Below, piece after piece: positions 28,128 through 37,872 of a stretch of DNA of 64,000 nt (positions within the stretch are counted from its first letter, which is position 1; every line of letters starts with the position of its first letter). The stretch comes from a virus. The stretch spans positions 26,629 to 90,628 of IMG/VR virus record IMGVR_UViG_3300042898_003434; one strand, written 5' to 3'. The notes beneath the pieces were generated by a model. That model ran no database searches, was not told the origin of the DNA, and saw only the letters and a list, made by a program, of their open reading frames with translations. The translations under genes were made by a program, and so were the position numbers.

Positions 28128-29714
28128 ATGGCAAGACTCACAAATCCATCGAGTATTTTAAATAAAATTTGCCCAACGTGCAAAAAACAATTCATCTGCA
28201 AGAGTTGGAAACCAAAAACATATTGCTGTAAACGTTGTGCGGCGTCTTCACAAGAAGTAAAAGAAAAAAATAGAGCCGGTGTCAAAAATACATTTGATTA
28301 TAAATACGGTGGTCATCCGATGTCAACAAATGCCGGTACTAAAGAAAAGTTAAAACAAACTTTAACCGATGTATATGGAGTAAGCCACTACAGCAAGACC
28401 GACAACTTTGTTAATCAAGTACGAGAAACCAAACTTGAGAAATATGGAAATCCAAACTATAATAACGTCGAAAAAATAAAATCGACTTGTTTGGAAAAAT
28501 ACGGAGTAGACAATTACAGAAAAACTGAAGAATATAAAAAACAATACAGAGAAACGTGTTTGAAGAAGTATGGCGTGGCACATGCATCACAGTCAAATGA
28601 TGTTAAATTTGGTGGCAAAAGTTTAACGTTTAAGCATACACACAAACTCTCTATGTTTAAAAAATTCTGTGATTCTGACAAATTCAAAAACTTCACGCCT
28701 CTTTTTGATTTGACTGAGTATGACGGTGTAACCGTAAAATATAATCGCCCGTATAAATTTAAATGTATAAGATGTAGTGGTGAAAATGAATATGATCTCA
28801 CCAGACAGTATTTAAGATGCCCAGTTTGTGACAAAAGCATGTCCACATTTCAAAGCGAAGTGGAAGATTTTATAAAAGAAATACTGCCAAGTGAAGCGAT
28901 TGTATCAAATAATAGAGCGATCTTGTCTCCGCTTGAGATAGACATATACATACCAAATAAGAATATAGCTATAGAAACTAATGGAGTATATTGGCACTCG
29001 GAAGTATCAGGATCAAAAAATAAAAACTACCATTTGAATAAAACTAAAATGTGTTTAACAAAAGGAATACGGTTAATCCACATATTTGAAAGTGAATGGA
29101 ACCATCAAAAAGAAATAGTAAAATCTATTTTAAAAAAGATTCTGCTAATTAACACTCGACATATAAACGCGGATGAATGTGAAATCAAAGAGATATCTCC
29201 GGAAATTAAATCGGAGTTCTTAAAAGAGAATCATTTGGATAGTAACGATAACTCGGAAGTTAGACTGGGTCTTTATTATAAGAAATTATTAATTCAAGTA
29301 ATGACGTTTTCCAAGTCCAAGTTTAAAAAAGACATTCATTGGGAAATATCAAGAAACTGCACCAAACTTGGGTATCAAATTGAAGAAGGTATGACTAAGT
29401 TATTTCAATGGTTTGTGAATAGTCACAGTCCTATCACGGTATCTGCATACAGCGACCGCCGATACTTCTCGGGTGAGACTTATATTAAGCTAGGGTTCAA
29501 TTTTCACTCAAACACCCCACCTAACTATCATTATATCATCGACAGCTACGATACTCTTCAAAGCCGCATAAATTGGCAAAAAGGAAAATTAGAAAGAAAG
29601 TTATTATCATTTGACAAATCCATTTCTGAGTGGGAGAATATGAAAATGAATAACTTTGACAGAATCTGGGACTGTGGACATTCTAAATGGATATACAACA
29701 ATAAAAAATTATGA
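28128..29714 (+). CDS. Hef/Vsr-like (PD-(D/E)XK) homing endonuclease with Zn ribbons, KYGV repeats and a C-terminal GNAT/Mom-like region
   Basis: CPTC..CCKRC; repeated 'T.L.KYGV'; LEIDIYIP...AIETNGVYWHS; C-terminal FLKENHL...WEISR...SDRRYF.G..Y.KLGF. Confidence 0.75.
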   Translation: MARLTNPSSILNKICPTCKKQFICKSWKPKTYCCKRCAASSQEVKEKNRAGVKNTFDYKYGGHPMSTNAGTKEKLKQTLTDVYGVSHYSKTDNFVNQVRETKLEKYGNPNYNNVEKIKSTCLEKYGVDNYRKTEEYKKQYRETCLKKYGVAHASQSNDVKFGGKSLTFKHTHKLSMFKKFCDSDKFKNFTPLFDLTEYDGVTVKYNRPYKFKCIRCSGENEYDLTRQYLRCPVCDKSMSTFQSEVEDFIKEILPSEAIVSNNRAILSPLEIDIYIPNKNIAIETNGVYWHSEVSGSKNKNYHLNKTKMCLTKGIRLIHIFESEWNHQKEIVKSILKKILLINTRHINADECEIKEISPEIKSEFLKENHLDSNDNSEVRLGLYYKKLLIQVMTFSKSKFKKDIHWEISRNCTKLGYQIEEGMTKLFQWFVNSHSPITVSAYSDRRYFSGETYIKLGFNFHSNTPPNYHYIIDSYDTLQSRINWQKGKLERKLLSFDKSISEWENMKMNNFDRIWDCGHSKWIYNNKKL

Positions 29715-29998
29715 AAAAACCGCTTGCAACTTATAATATCGAAATAAACGAAACTGATAGTAGGGGTGATTCCTCCTTGATTTGGGTGGCAATCCTTGAC
29801 CGCCGATTTAAGTGTGAAGTTCAACGCACTGGTACTCGCCAAGCAAACCTTTTCATATTTGATTCAAAGAATAATGACAATATGATATATGAGTCTAGAG
29901 TTCCATTGTCATATGACGCGAAGTTTGGGCCTGATATTAGCGACGTTGCTGAATGGCAAGATATGTGTGCAAAAGTAGTCGACGGGATAATAAACTGA
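29711..29998 (+). CDS. hypothetical protein
   Basis: 95-aa ORF overlapping the upstream stop. Confidence 0.7.
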   Translation: MKKPLATYNIEINETDSRGDSSLIWVAILDRRFKCEVQRTGTRQANLFIFDSKNNDNMIYESRVPLSYDAKFGPDISDVAEWQDMCAKVVDGIIN

Positions 29999-30005
29999 TA
30001 GGTTT

Positions 30006-30440
30006 ATGAACATATTCAACATCGAAAGAGCATTTAGTGATAAAACTACTAAAAAGTGGGAGAAGCTTTTTATTTGTGTGGATTTACATGATACTATTAT
30101 TCAGGGAAAATACTCGTCGAAAACCGAAGATGTGAAGTATCTACCGAACGCAATAAATGTTCTACGGAACTTGAGTAAAAGAAAAGATATTGTACTTATT
30201 CTTTGGACTAGTTCACATGTTGCTCATATAAAAGATATACTAGACCAATTGGAAAAACAAAGAGTATATTTCAAGTATGTAAACTGTAATCCGGAATGTC
30301 CTGATGATAAGCTATGTGACTTTGGGCACAAGTTTTATATGAACATAGGACTAGATGATAAATTTGGCTTCGACGGTCTCGGTGGCGATTGGTTCCTTGT
30401 TGAAAAAGAACTAAAACGAATTGGGGAATGGAAAGAGTAA
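30006..30440 (+). CDS. HAD-superfamily phosphatase-like protein
   Basis: ICVDLHDTII (variant motif I), LILWTS, N.NPE, LDDK.GF. Confidence 0.7.
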   Translation: MNIFNIERAFSDKTTKKWEKLFICVDLHDTIIQGKYSSKTEDVKYLPNAINVLRNLSKRKDIVLILWTSSHVAHIKDILDQLEKQRVYFKYVNCNPECPDDKLCDFGHKFYMNIGLDDKFGFDGLGGDWFLVEKELKRIGEWKE

Positions 30441-30441
30441 T

Positions 30442-31131
30442 TTAAAGTTTCTCAATAAAACATTCCAGTTCGTCTTTTGAACTAAAACGAAACGCTGATT
30501 TTTGAGACATAACATTTTTGTTGTTTTTGTCAAACATATGAGACATTGTGAATTTCCTGCTTTCGTGCATTTCTTTTTCTAAAGCTGTGCGATAATCTTG
30601 AACAGTTGATTTGCACCATTCTCCTTTGGTGGCTAGTATTTGATGTTGTTTTAAGTGTTCACCTAAATGATGCCATAGTTCTCCGTCATATGTAAAAATC
30701 CGTGGAGATGGTTTTGTTACCAAAATAAATTTAGGTAGGTTTAACAATTTCCATTTAGCGTCAAACTCGTCACAATCAAGATTCTCGTTTTCCTTTAAAA
30801 ACTCGTTATATTCACTGGATTCTATTGACCAGAATTTATTTCTGTCACAATAAACAGACTCATATTCAGGATGTAAGTCGGTAATAATATTATTTTTATT
30901 GTCGCGCACATACATAAACTTTGCACCGGTTACTTTTGGATTTTTTGTGCAATCTGCTCCAAGTAAAAACATTTCGTAATGTGGCCACACAAAGCAATAA
31001 AATCCACGTGTTGATGGTGGAGAATGAAAGGTTTCCGGAATACACTTGTAACCACGTTGGTTAACAGAACTTAATCCACCAAACCGTGCAAATTTAAGCT
31101 TGCTTGTTTTGCTTATGTCGTATTTAGCCAT
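30442..31131 (-). CDS. hypothetical protein
   Basis: 229-aa ORF. A weak TTGACA-N16-CAATCT promoter lies at 31141-31168. Confidence 0.75.
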   Translation of the reverse strand: MAKYDISKTSKLKFARFGGLSSVNQRGYKCIPETFHSPPSTRGFYCFVWPHYEMFLLGADCTKNPKVTGAKFMYVRDNKNNIITDLHPEYESVYCDRNKFWSIESSEYNEFLKENENLDCDEFDAKWKLLNLPKFILVTKPSPRIFTYDGELWHHLGEHLKQHQILATKGEWCKSTVQDYRTALEKEMHESRKFTMSHMFDKNNKNVMSQKSAFRFSSKDELECFIEKL

Positions 31132-31178
31132 ACGATAGCAAGATTGACCAACAATTATAAAATGTCAAGCAAATCGTA

Positions 31179-31949
31179 CTAATCTTTTATCTTAACACCA
31201 AAGTCTTTTTCAAATTGTTTTGGAGCGGCTTTATAGCTTTCAGCCGTTTCGTCTTTTGGATCTTTTAGATATTGCCAGTTTAAACTTAATACGTCGGGTA
31301 CTTTGAATCCAAAAAATTTCAATACTTGTTTTTGAATGTCAACAACCGAAGACCCGTTCCAATTTTGTCCAATTACAACTAATCCTGCTTCTTTATCTGC
31401 TATGATGTTGTCTTCTTTAAGAGTGCTATGACGATTTTCCAACCAAGCCAAGCGTTCAATCAATTTTTGATAAATTCCATTGGTTTGTCCCCAACGAGTA
31501 CTAACAAAAAATACAATTGCATCTGCTTCAAATAAAGGTTTGGTTATTTCCCACAACTCGTCGTCTTTATTATTAAAGCTACACCAACATCTATGATTTC
31601 CAGTTGGATTTTTCGCATCGTCTTTTAATTTAGAAGCCTTTACTCCACAGTTATTTCCTTCGTGTTTACTTACATTACCTTCACAGTCGTATATTTTTAA
31701 TTTACTGGCGTCTATTACTGTGGTATTGCCTAATTGTTCTGAGATATATTCAGCTAAAATTGTACTTTTTGCTTTTTGTTTATCTCCAACCCAACGGTTG
31801 CTAGTTGTGACAAATAACACTTTATTTTTATTCTTTAAATGGTTTATTAGTTTATCAACCTCGGAAACCATGTTCTCTGATTCATTTAAATTAAAATGTT
31901 CAAACAATAGTTTTTTGTGTTTTAAAAGTGTATCTTCAAATGTATTCAT
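31179..31949 (-). CDS. flavodoxin-fold NADPH-dependent FMN reductase / iron-sulfur flavoprotein-like protein
   Basis: KVLFVTTSNR...KST.LA; I.DCEG...C...CWC; DD...I...LFEADAIVF...RWG...KLIERL. Confidence 0.8.
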   Translation of the reverse strand: MNTFEDTLLKHKKLLFEHFNLNESENMVSEVDKLINHLKNKNKVLFVTTSNRWVGDKQKAKSTILAEYISEQLGNTTVIDASKLKIYDCEGNVSKHEGNNCGVKASKLKDDAKNPTGNHRCWCSFNNKDDELWEITKPLFEADAIVFFVSTRWGQTNGIYQKLIERLAWLENRHSTLKEDNIIADKEAGLVVIGQNWNGSSVVDIQKQVLKFFGFKVPDVLSLNWQYLKDPKDETAESYKAAPKQFEKDFGVKIKD

Positions 31950-31953
31950 TTTG

Positions 31954-32892
31954 TCAAAAGCCCCAAGTAAATTTTATCTTGTTATGTTCGCGTGGATCCT
32001 CAATGAAGTAAACTTTAGATCTACCGCTCATGAAACTGCCAGATTGTCCTTTGAGAAATTTCATTTGGGCGGGTGATGGAGTTACATGCATTGTCATTGT
32101 ATTTCCATTTCTATCTGGGCGTTGAAATGAGTTTACCGCGTTTATAAAAACAGTATATGCAATATTACCAGCCCCTTCATCCAATACATTTTCTTTTACA
32201 CTGACCTTCTTGTCATATATCTTGTCGATATTGTCCTTGAGTTTATCTAAACTACCGGCATATCTTAAAATTTTAAAAACAATGTTTTCTTCAGACAACT
32301 CACCATTTGAATCAAGTCCTGCTTGTCTGTATTTATACAGTTTCTGTAACAATTTCTTTAAACCGACATCGTCGCTAGAATTTACCAAGGTGTTGATTTT
32401 CTTGTGAAACTCTTTATATTTCTTTTTGATAAGCTCTTTGTTTAAATTTAACTTTTGCTTGATCGGTTCTTTCAACCATTCATTCTTTAACACAGAATAT
32501 TCAGATGAAGAAACAGCAACATGTTGTATGTCCTGAACATATAGCTCAACGTCATGTCCTTTTACGGTTATATCGTGTTTCAAGTTCCACGCTGTCTTTA
32601 TAGCGTCAAACATTGTTTGTGCATCTTCTTTGGACATATCAAGTTTTGAGTAGTCTGTTTTAATGTGCAAGTCTATGTCTGAATATATGGTCCAATTATA
32701 GTTGGTTATTGATCCAATCATAACAACGTCTTCTGCTTTTATGTTGATCTGCTTCTCTACCTTCAATTCTTTAACAAAATCTAATGCAACCTTCAATAGA
32801 CCGGCGCGAACATCTTGTTTGATTCTCGGACCATCTTCATTAATGTCCCATACTTTGGGACAAAGAGTTTCGTTATATAATGGATAGTTCAT
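31954..32892 (-). CDS. Pol-beta superfamily nucleotidyltransferase
   Basis: IGSITNYNW..YSDIDLHI and DVELYV (GS...DxD...E). Confidence 0.8.
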   Translation of the reverse strand: MNYPLYNETLCPKVWDINEDGPRIKQDVRAGLLKVALDFVKELKVEKQINIKAEDVVMIGSITNYNWTIYSDIDLHIKTDYSKLDMSKEDAQTMFDAIKTAWNLKHDITVKGHDVELYVQDIQHVAVSSSEYSVLKNEWLKEPIKQKLNLNKELIKKKYKEFHKKINTLVNSSDDVGLKKLLQKLYKYRQAGLDSNGELSEENIVFKILRYAGSLDKLKDNIDKIYDKKVSVKENVLDEGAGNIAYTVFINAVNSFQRPDRNGNTMTMHVTPSPAQMKFLKGQSGSFMSGRSKVYFIEDPREHNKIKFTWGF

Positions 32893-32900
32893 ATTTAATT

Positions 32901-33500
32901 TTACACGTCTGGTAAAAATGCCTTTAATTGATTAATACTACTTGCCGCGCTCGTGTGCAATATACCAATGCGATGCAATGCTTGGTTGTCCCACACCGTT
33001 ATATTTCTTTCCATGTCGTCAACCAACACATGTGTGACTCTTCCCTTTGATGGAAGAATATATTCTGGTTTCTTTTCTCCGGCAGATGCAATTATTACTT
33101 TAACAGTTGGATCAATATGCTTGCGTATCCAAGCGGTTTTTTGTTGTGCGATGTCTGCACCTTGACCAGCACTTAAAATAACTGCCGGTGGAGTTTTGAA
33201 ATTATCTTTTACAAAATCCCATAAGACTTTTGAGTCTGGCATAGGTTCTAGGTTCAACCAAAAGTTGGGTGTGTTGTTGATCAATTGCCAAAACTTTTTC
33301 TTTGCTGCTTTTTTATCGCCTTTTAGTTCTGGGGATGTATGCAAATCTTCTGGAGTAAAGCCACCGGATATTTTTTTGAATCCTTTGTTCATGTCGGTTA
33401 AAACTCCATCCATGTCCACGTAGCATTGTATTTTTAGCGGCGCACCTTCAACGGAATCCTCAACGGCTTCTCGTAACAATTCTTTTAATAATATACTCAT
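32901..33500 (-). CDS. HAD 5'(3')-deoxyribonucleotidase-like protein
   Basis: YVDMDGVL, FW.NL.PM, ILSA, K..W, LVDD...N...W. Confidence 0.85.
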   Translation of the reverse strand: MSILLKELLREAVEDSVEGAPLKIQCYVDMDGVLTDMNKGFKKISGGFTPEDLHTSPELKGDKKAAKKKFWQLINNTPNFWLNLEPMPDSKVLWDFVKDNFKTPPAVILSAGQGADIAQQKTAWIRKHIDPTVKVIIASAGEKKPEYILPSKGRVTHVLVDDMERNITVWDNQALHRIGILHTSAASSINQLKAFLPDV

Positions 33501-34249
33501 GTTTGTTTTTTTAAAATTAATTTTTTATTTACCATATCCAAGTCGGTGGTCAATCGCCAAAAGAATCCTCCCGATTTCCATTTTTTATTTATGGTTGCAC
33601 ACCCCGATATATTTCCGTGATTCATATTTAATTTTTTTGCAGCATCTCTTGCCGATTTCCACGTTGCCACGATGTTTCCGTCCGTGTCAATTTGATAAAT
33701 AGACTTTGAAGTTTTCATTCCACCCGAGTTTAAGTTTTTTAATTTTTCTTTATGCTGATCGGTGTGTAAATAAACAAATTTTTTATCGCGTGCAATTTTC
33801 TTTTGTGATATAATTTTTTTAGAATTTTGACTGTGTAATTTCCCAAACATTGGATTTTTATTACCGAGCATACGTTGACTCCTAATTTTTTTTGTACTGT
33901 CTGTACAGATTAAACCGGATACACCTTCACCACCGTCCGTCAAATTACACAATGGACCCAATCCCAAATCAGATCGTCCAATTTTTGATATCCGACTTGC
34001 CTCTTCGTTCAATATTAAAAATTCGTCTACACTTTCTAAAATTTTATTATATATAATAAAGTTTCCATCGTCTAATATTTTTTTTATCTTATAATAAAGG
34101 TGTTTATTTCTTAATTTTTTCCCATTTTTTACCAATTTCTCGTGACTGAACATTCTATCTCCATTCCCTTTTCCAACATAAAAAGGAACATTGTCCGCCG
34201 AGTTGACGAGTATATAAACATAGAAAATCTTGTGTCTTTTTTTTCTCAT
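33497..34249 (-). CDS. GIY-YIG-family homing endonuclease with NUMOD3/NUMOD1 domains
   Basis: FYVYIL...PFYVGKG..R; NLTDGGEG; KNPMFGK.HS; IYQID.DG......SAR.AA...GGF.W. Confidence 0.85.
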   Translation of the reverse strand: MRKKRHKIFYVYILVNSADNVPFYVGKGNGDRMFSHEKLVKNGKKLRNKHLYYKIKKILDDGNFIIYNKILESVDEFLILNEEASRISKIGRSDLGLGPLCNLTDGGEGVSGLICTDSTKKIRSQRMLGNKNPMFGKLHSQNSKKIISQKKIARDKKFVYLHTDQHKEKLKNLNSGGMKTSKSIYQIDTDGNIVATWKSARDAAKKLNMNHGNISGCATINKKWKSGGFFWRLTTDLDMVNKKLILKKQT

Positions 34250-34323
34250 TTAAATTATTGCAATAAAATTTGCATATAGTTATAAATATATACCCACTCG
34301 AATAAAACTCAAGCTTTTAAGCA

Positions 34324-34354
34324 ATAAAAAAGCCCACCGATTACGGTGGGCTTT
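34324..34354 (-). terminator. Rho-independent terminator after tail sheath
   Basis: AAAGCCCACCG-TAAT-CGGTGGGCTTT followed by TTT. Confidence 0.88.
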
Positions 34355-34374
34355 GTGTTTTAACTTGCTAGTAA

Positions 34375-37362
34375 TTAGGCTCCTGGGAAGGTAGCGCCTG
34401 TTGGAAGAACCGAGAAGTCGAGAACGATGAATTCAGCGGTCTTGCTTGGTTTCAGATAAATTTGTCCGTATAGAATATTACGGTCAACTAGATCTGGTGT
34501 ATTGTTACTGTCATCCATTACAACCTTGAAGGCATACAAACCTGAGCGTTGTTGAACACCATCCAAGTATGGATTTACAATGTTCAAGAAGCGTTGGCGT
34601 GTTGATGCAACGTTTTGTTCGAATACTAGGTATCTCGAAGAAGAAGCGATGAACTTCTTCAACGCGATCAATAGACGACGCACGTTGATGCGATCCAATG
34701 CGGAAGGTTGACGTTGCAGGGTCTTTTGGCCCCATGCTACGATACCTTGACCTGGGAATGCGGCAATCGGATTAACTCTTCCTTCATATAGACTATCACG
34801 TTCCGAGTGTGTCAAGCGGTCGACTACTTGAACTGCGGCAGGAATACCACCACGGTTTAGACCGGCAGGAGCAAACCATTCAGCAGCTACTTGGTCGTTA
34901 GCGGCGAATACGCTCATCATAACAACCGAAGGAGGAACTGGAATTACTCTGTTAGAGTTTGTGTCAACAATCTTGACCCAAGGATAGTATGTGGCACCGT
35001 AGTTTGAATCGAACTGCGAAGCCATAGACACTACGTTTTCGATAGCGGCCGCGCCAGCAGTTTGGTTTGGAGCGATATCGAAGATATAGAATGCGTCGCC
35101 ACGGTTTTCACAAACTTCTAGTACCAATGATATTAGATATGGATTGTATTGATAGTTTAGACCGGGAGTTGTGATTAGATTAAAATCAAACTCGTCGGCG
35201 TTACTTAATGCAGCCATTGCTTGTCTGTATCCGTAAGAGCCACGTGAAACGTTCGTCGAGCAATTCAAGCCTTGTTGGTTAGTTGGGATGATATCATTGC
35301 CACTTAGTACTGGAACAGATGGGCTTTGACCATCGAATCCACCTTGGAAACCAAGAATGAAGCGGCGTTTCTTAACGTTTGTATTTTCTTGAGAAGCAAC
35401 GTAAACTGGACTTAGTCCGCAGTTATCTTCTAGACTGAATTCAACATTGTTGCCAACACTAGAACCGTATGGAACTGGGGCGAAGTATTGTTTGTTGTCT
35501 AGTTCAACACCGGCGGATGAACCGTTTGGATATAGAGCGGCTAGTTCAGCATCAGCTGTCGAAGGAGCCGGTTGGAACACGACGCCAGAAGCATAACGAC
35601 CGGGTTGCGCCGAGTAAATCGAAGCACTGGTGTATTGCATTACTGGAACCTTGCCCAAGCGAGCATAATCGCCACTGATTGGTGCAGCATATGCACCGAA
35701 GCCGAATGGAATTGCATCTACTGGCCATGGCGATGTTGCCATTTCAATGCGGATGTATTTACTGATATTGTTGTAATCACCGAATTGAAGAATCTTACCG
35801 TTGCTATCGATATATGTGAATACATCGCCGATACGACGAGCAATATAGTTTGCACTTGTTTCGTCTAGGTTTAGATTGTCGTAGCGTTCAATGACACTTG
35901 GCTTTGCGTCAGCGTCCGTGAATGAGCGTAGAGACAAGGTGAATGTTCCGTGTTTAGAACCTGGGATTGATCCGGCAGATTTTACGTTCGAGATTTCAAC
36001 TTTGAATTGAGTGTTTGTGTTTGTACCATCGGACAAGGTATGAACCTTAAACAAATCGTAAGAAGCTGCGGTTGGAGCACCAACCGATCCACTGAATGGA
36101 GCAACTTTTTGAGATTTGATGAATGGTGTTTCAGCTTGACGTAGGTCAAACAATGAATCGCCTTGGTCTGGTGTTACACCGTCAGCGAATACCATAGCAT
36201 TACGGCTAGATACTTCAATCTTCCAGCTACCAGAAACAATCATATCAGCAACGATTTCAGCAGCTTTGTTGTCGAAGTGTTTATAGCTATAAGCAGATTC
36301 AATCTTTTGACCGGATGCGACTGGGGTGAAGCCAGCTTCTGCATCAGTACCGAATACCGATGTGATATATGATGTACTTGTTGGGTCAATTGAGAATTCG
36401 TATGTGCCATATGAAGCGGATGCATAAACGCCCAAATCTAGATCGAAGTGAGTTTCGTTTAGTGCTAGTCTAAAGTCGGTTCCAACAACAGTTGCATTTT
36501 TTGCTGTTAGCACAGATCCACTGAAACCGTATAGGTTTTGACCACGGTCATATGCAGTGTTAGCTAGAACAGCCAATACAACTTCATCACGACCGGAAAC
36601 AGCAGAGCCACTTCCACAACCGTCTTCAGAAGAAACACTGTCGGCGGTCCAAGAACTAACATCGAATCTTCCGTAATCTCCGGTAACTTTTCCGGCGAAT
36701 GAGTATGTGTATCCACATGAACCAACTGCACCACGTGTGATGGTGGCTTGTAGTGTCAATGTATCAGATGGATTGTGTGGCAACAATGAGTTGGATAGAG
36801 AAGCAGTAATACTACCTCCCAATAGAGCAGAACCGGTATAAGTAACGTTGTCAACAGATGCACTGATTGCTCCGATTACTTGCGTAGAACCAACATAGTA
36901 TCCACTTAAGAAAGTAGCTAGTACAGATCCTTGTACGTTAAAGTTACCAGCAGAAATTTCTGTTACGGTAAATCCAACGCTGCTACCAGTAATTGAACCT
37001 GATTCTGTGAATCTATCATAAGCGCCCGGTATAGCCGAAACTATGAGAGCTTGGTCTTGTTCATATCCGCCCAAACCACCGACGCGGCAAACGGTCACTT
37101 GACCTTGCTGACGGATATATTGTTGGGCTGTGTATGGTCCATAAAGGACTCCGTCGGGTTCACCGAAGATTGCGTTAAGATCTGCCTCGCTTGTTACCGT
37201 TGTAGGTGCAAATCCCGGTCCTTTTGGGAAGGGAGCTACGACGACGCCGCCGATAGCTGCTACTCCTTGAGCGAGGAACGATTGATCGATTTCACGAGTG
37301 AATACGCCGGGACTGACGATTCTTTCGCTTGGTTGGAATGTGCCATTTTGTTCTAGTGCCAT
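34375..37362 (-). CDS. tail sheath protein (T4 gp18-like)
   Basis: SPGVFTREID, YYPWV, WFAPAG.NRG, WGQKTL, RINVRRL, P.KTAEFI. AGGAG Shine-Dalgarno upstream. Confidence 0.96.
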   Translation of the reverse strand: MALEQNGTFQPSERIVSPGVFTREIDQSFLAQGVAAIGGVVVAPFPKGPGFAPTTVTSEADLNAIFGEPDGVLYGPYTAQQYIRQQGQVTVCRVGGLGGYEQDQALIVSAIPGAYDRFTESGSITGSSVGFTVTEISAGNFNVQGSVLATFLSGYYVGSTQVIGAISASVDNVTYTGSALLGGSITASLSNSLLPHNPSDTLTLQATITRGAVGSCGYTYSFAGKVTGDYGRFDVSSWTADSVSSEDGCGSGSAVSGRDEVVLAVLANTAYDRGQNLYGFSGSVLTAKNATVVGTDFRLALNETHFDLDLGVYASASYGTYEFSIDPTSTSYITSVFGTDAEAGFTPVASGQKIESAYSYKHFDNKAAEIVADMIVSGSWKIEVSSRNAMVFADGVTPDQGDSLFDLRQAETPFIKSQKVAPFSGSVGAPTAASYDLFKVHTLSDGTNTNTQFKVEISNVKSAGSIPGSKHGTFTLSLRSFTDADAKPSVIERYDNLNLDETSANYIARRIGDVFTYIDSNGKILQFGDYNNISKYIRIEMATSPWPVDAIPFGFGAYAAPISGDYARLGKVPVMQYTSASIYSAQPGRYASGVVFQPAPSTADAELAALYPNGSSAGVELDNKQYFAPVPYGSSVGNNVEFSLEDNCGLSPVYVASQENTNVKKRRFILGFQGGFDGQSPSVPVLSGNDIIPTNQQGLNCSTNVSRGSYGYRQAMAALSNADEFDFNLITTPGLNYQYNPYLISLVLEVCENRGDAFYIFDIAPNQTAGAAAIENVVSMASQFDSNYGATYYPWVKIVDTNSNRVIPVPPSVVMMSVFAANDQVAAEWFAPAGLNRGGIPAAVQVVDRLTHSERDSLYEGRVNPIAAFPGQGIVAWGQKTLQRQPSALDRINVRRLLIALKKFIASSSRYLVFEQNVASTRQRFLNIVNPYLDGVQQRSGLYAFKVVMDDSNNTPDLVDRNILYGQIYLKPSKTAEFIVLDFSVLPTGATFPGA

Positions 37363-37410
37363 ATGTTATTTTTCTCCTGTTAAATTTTAGACGATACGAG
37401 AAAGTCTTGA

Positions 37411-37418
37411 TATAAATA
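37411..37418 (-). promoter_or_regulatory. TATTTATA putative late promoter for sheath
   Basis: 48 nt upstream of the sheath ATG. Confidence 0.5.
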
Positions 37419-37505
37419 GATCCAAAATAATTCAAAACAATCAAAATATAACAAAAAATATAATTTGTAGATATTTAGATTATTGTTGGATTATATCGTA
37501 TATAA

Positions 37506-37796
37506 TTAAGCTTTTTTTGGGGTAAACACTCCTGTGTCTTGGTTAACGGTACCCTCGCCGTATTTTGCTAGTATTTGTTGAAGAAAAGCTTGTTCCTTTC
37601 CTTCAGTCTTTCCTAATTCGGCGAATGTTTTTAATTCATTGCCTTCTATTTCTTTTCTTTGTATCTGATATTGACCAAGGGCCAATGTGATTTGTTCATA
37701 AGCTTTACGGATAGAATTGAGTTCATTCATTTCTTCTTCGTTGAACTTGACGCCTTCTTGCGGAGCTATTGTATTTGGTTTATTTGGTATTTCCAT
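37506..37796 (-). CDS. small coiled-coil hypothetical protein
   Basis: 96 aa, ends KYGEGTVNQDTGVFTP. Confidence 0.75.
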   Translation of the reverse strand: MEIPNKPNTIAPQEGVKFNEEEMNELNSIRKAYEQITLALGQYQIQRKEIEGNELKTFAELGKTEGKEQAFLQQILAKYGEGTVNQDTGVFTPKKA

Positions 37797-37872
37797 ATAT
37801 ACATATATATTACGAACAATCCATAAACACTTTATATAGTGTTTTTTTATTCAACTACTGCAAAAATTCAAC

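Noticed and set aside
37826-37848. AAACACT-TTATAT-AGTGTTT hairpin downstream of the array
   Set aside because: The stem is weak and AT-rich and the T-run lies on the non-coding strand, which is not enough to call a terminator.
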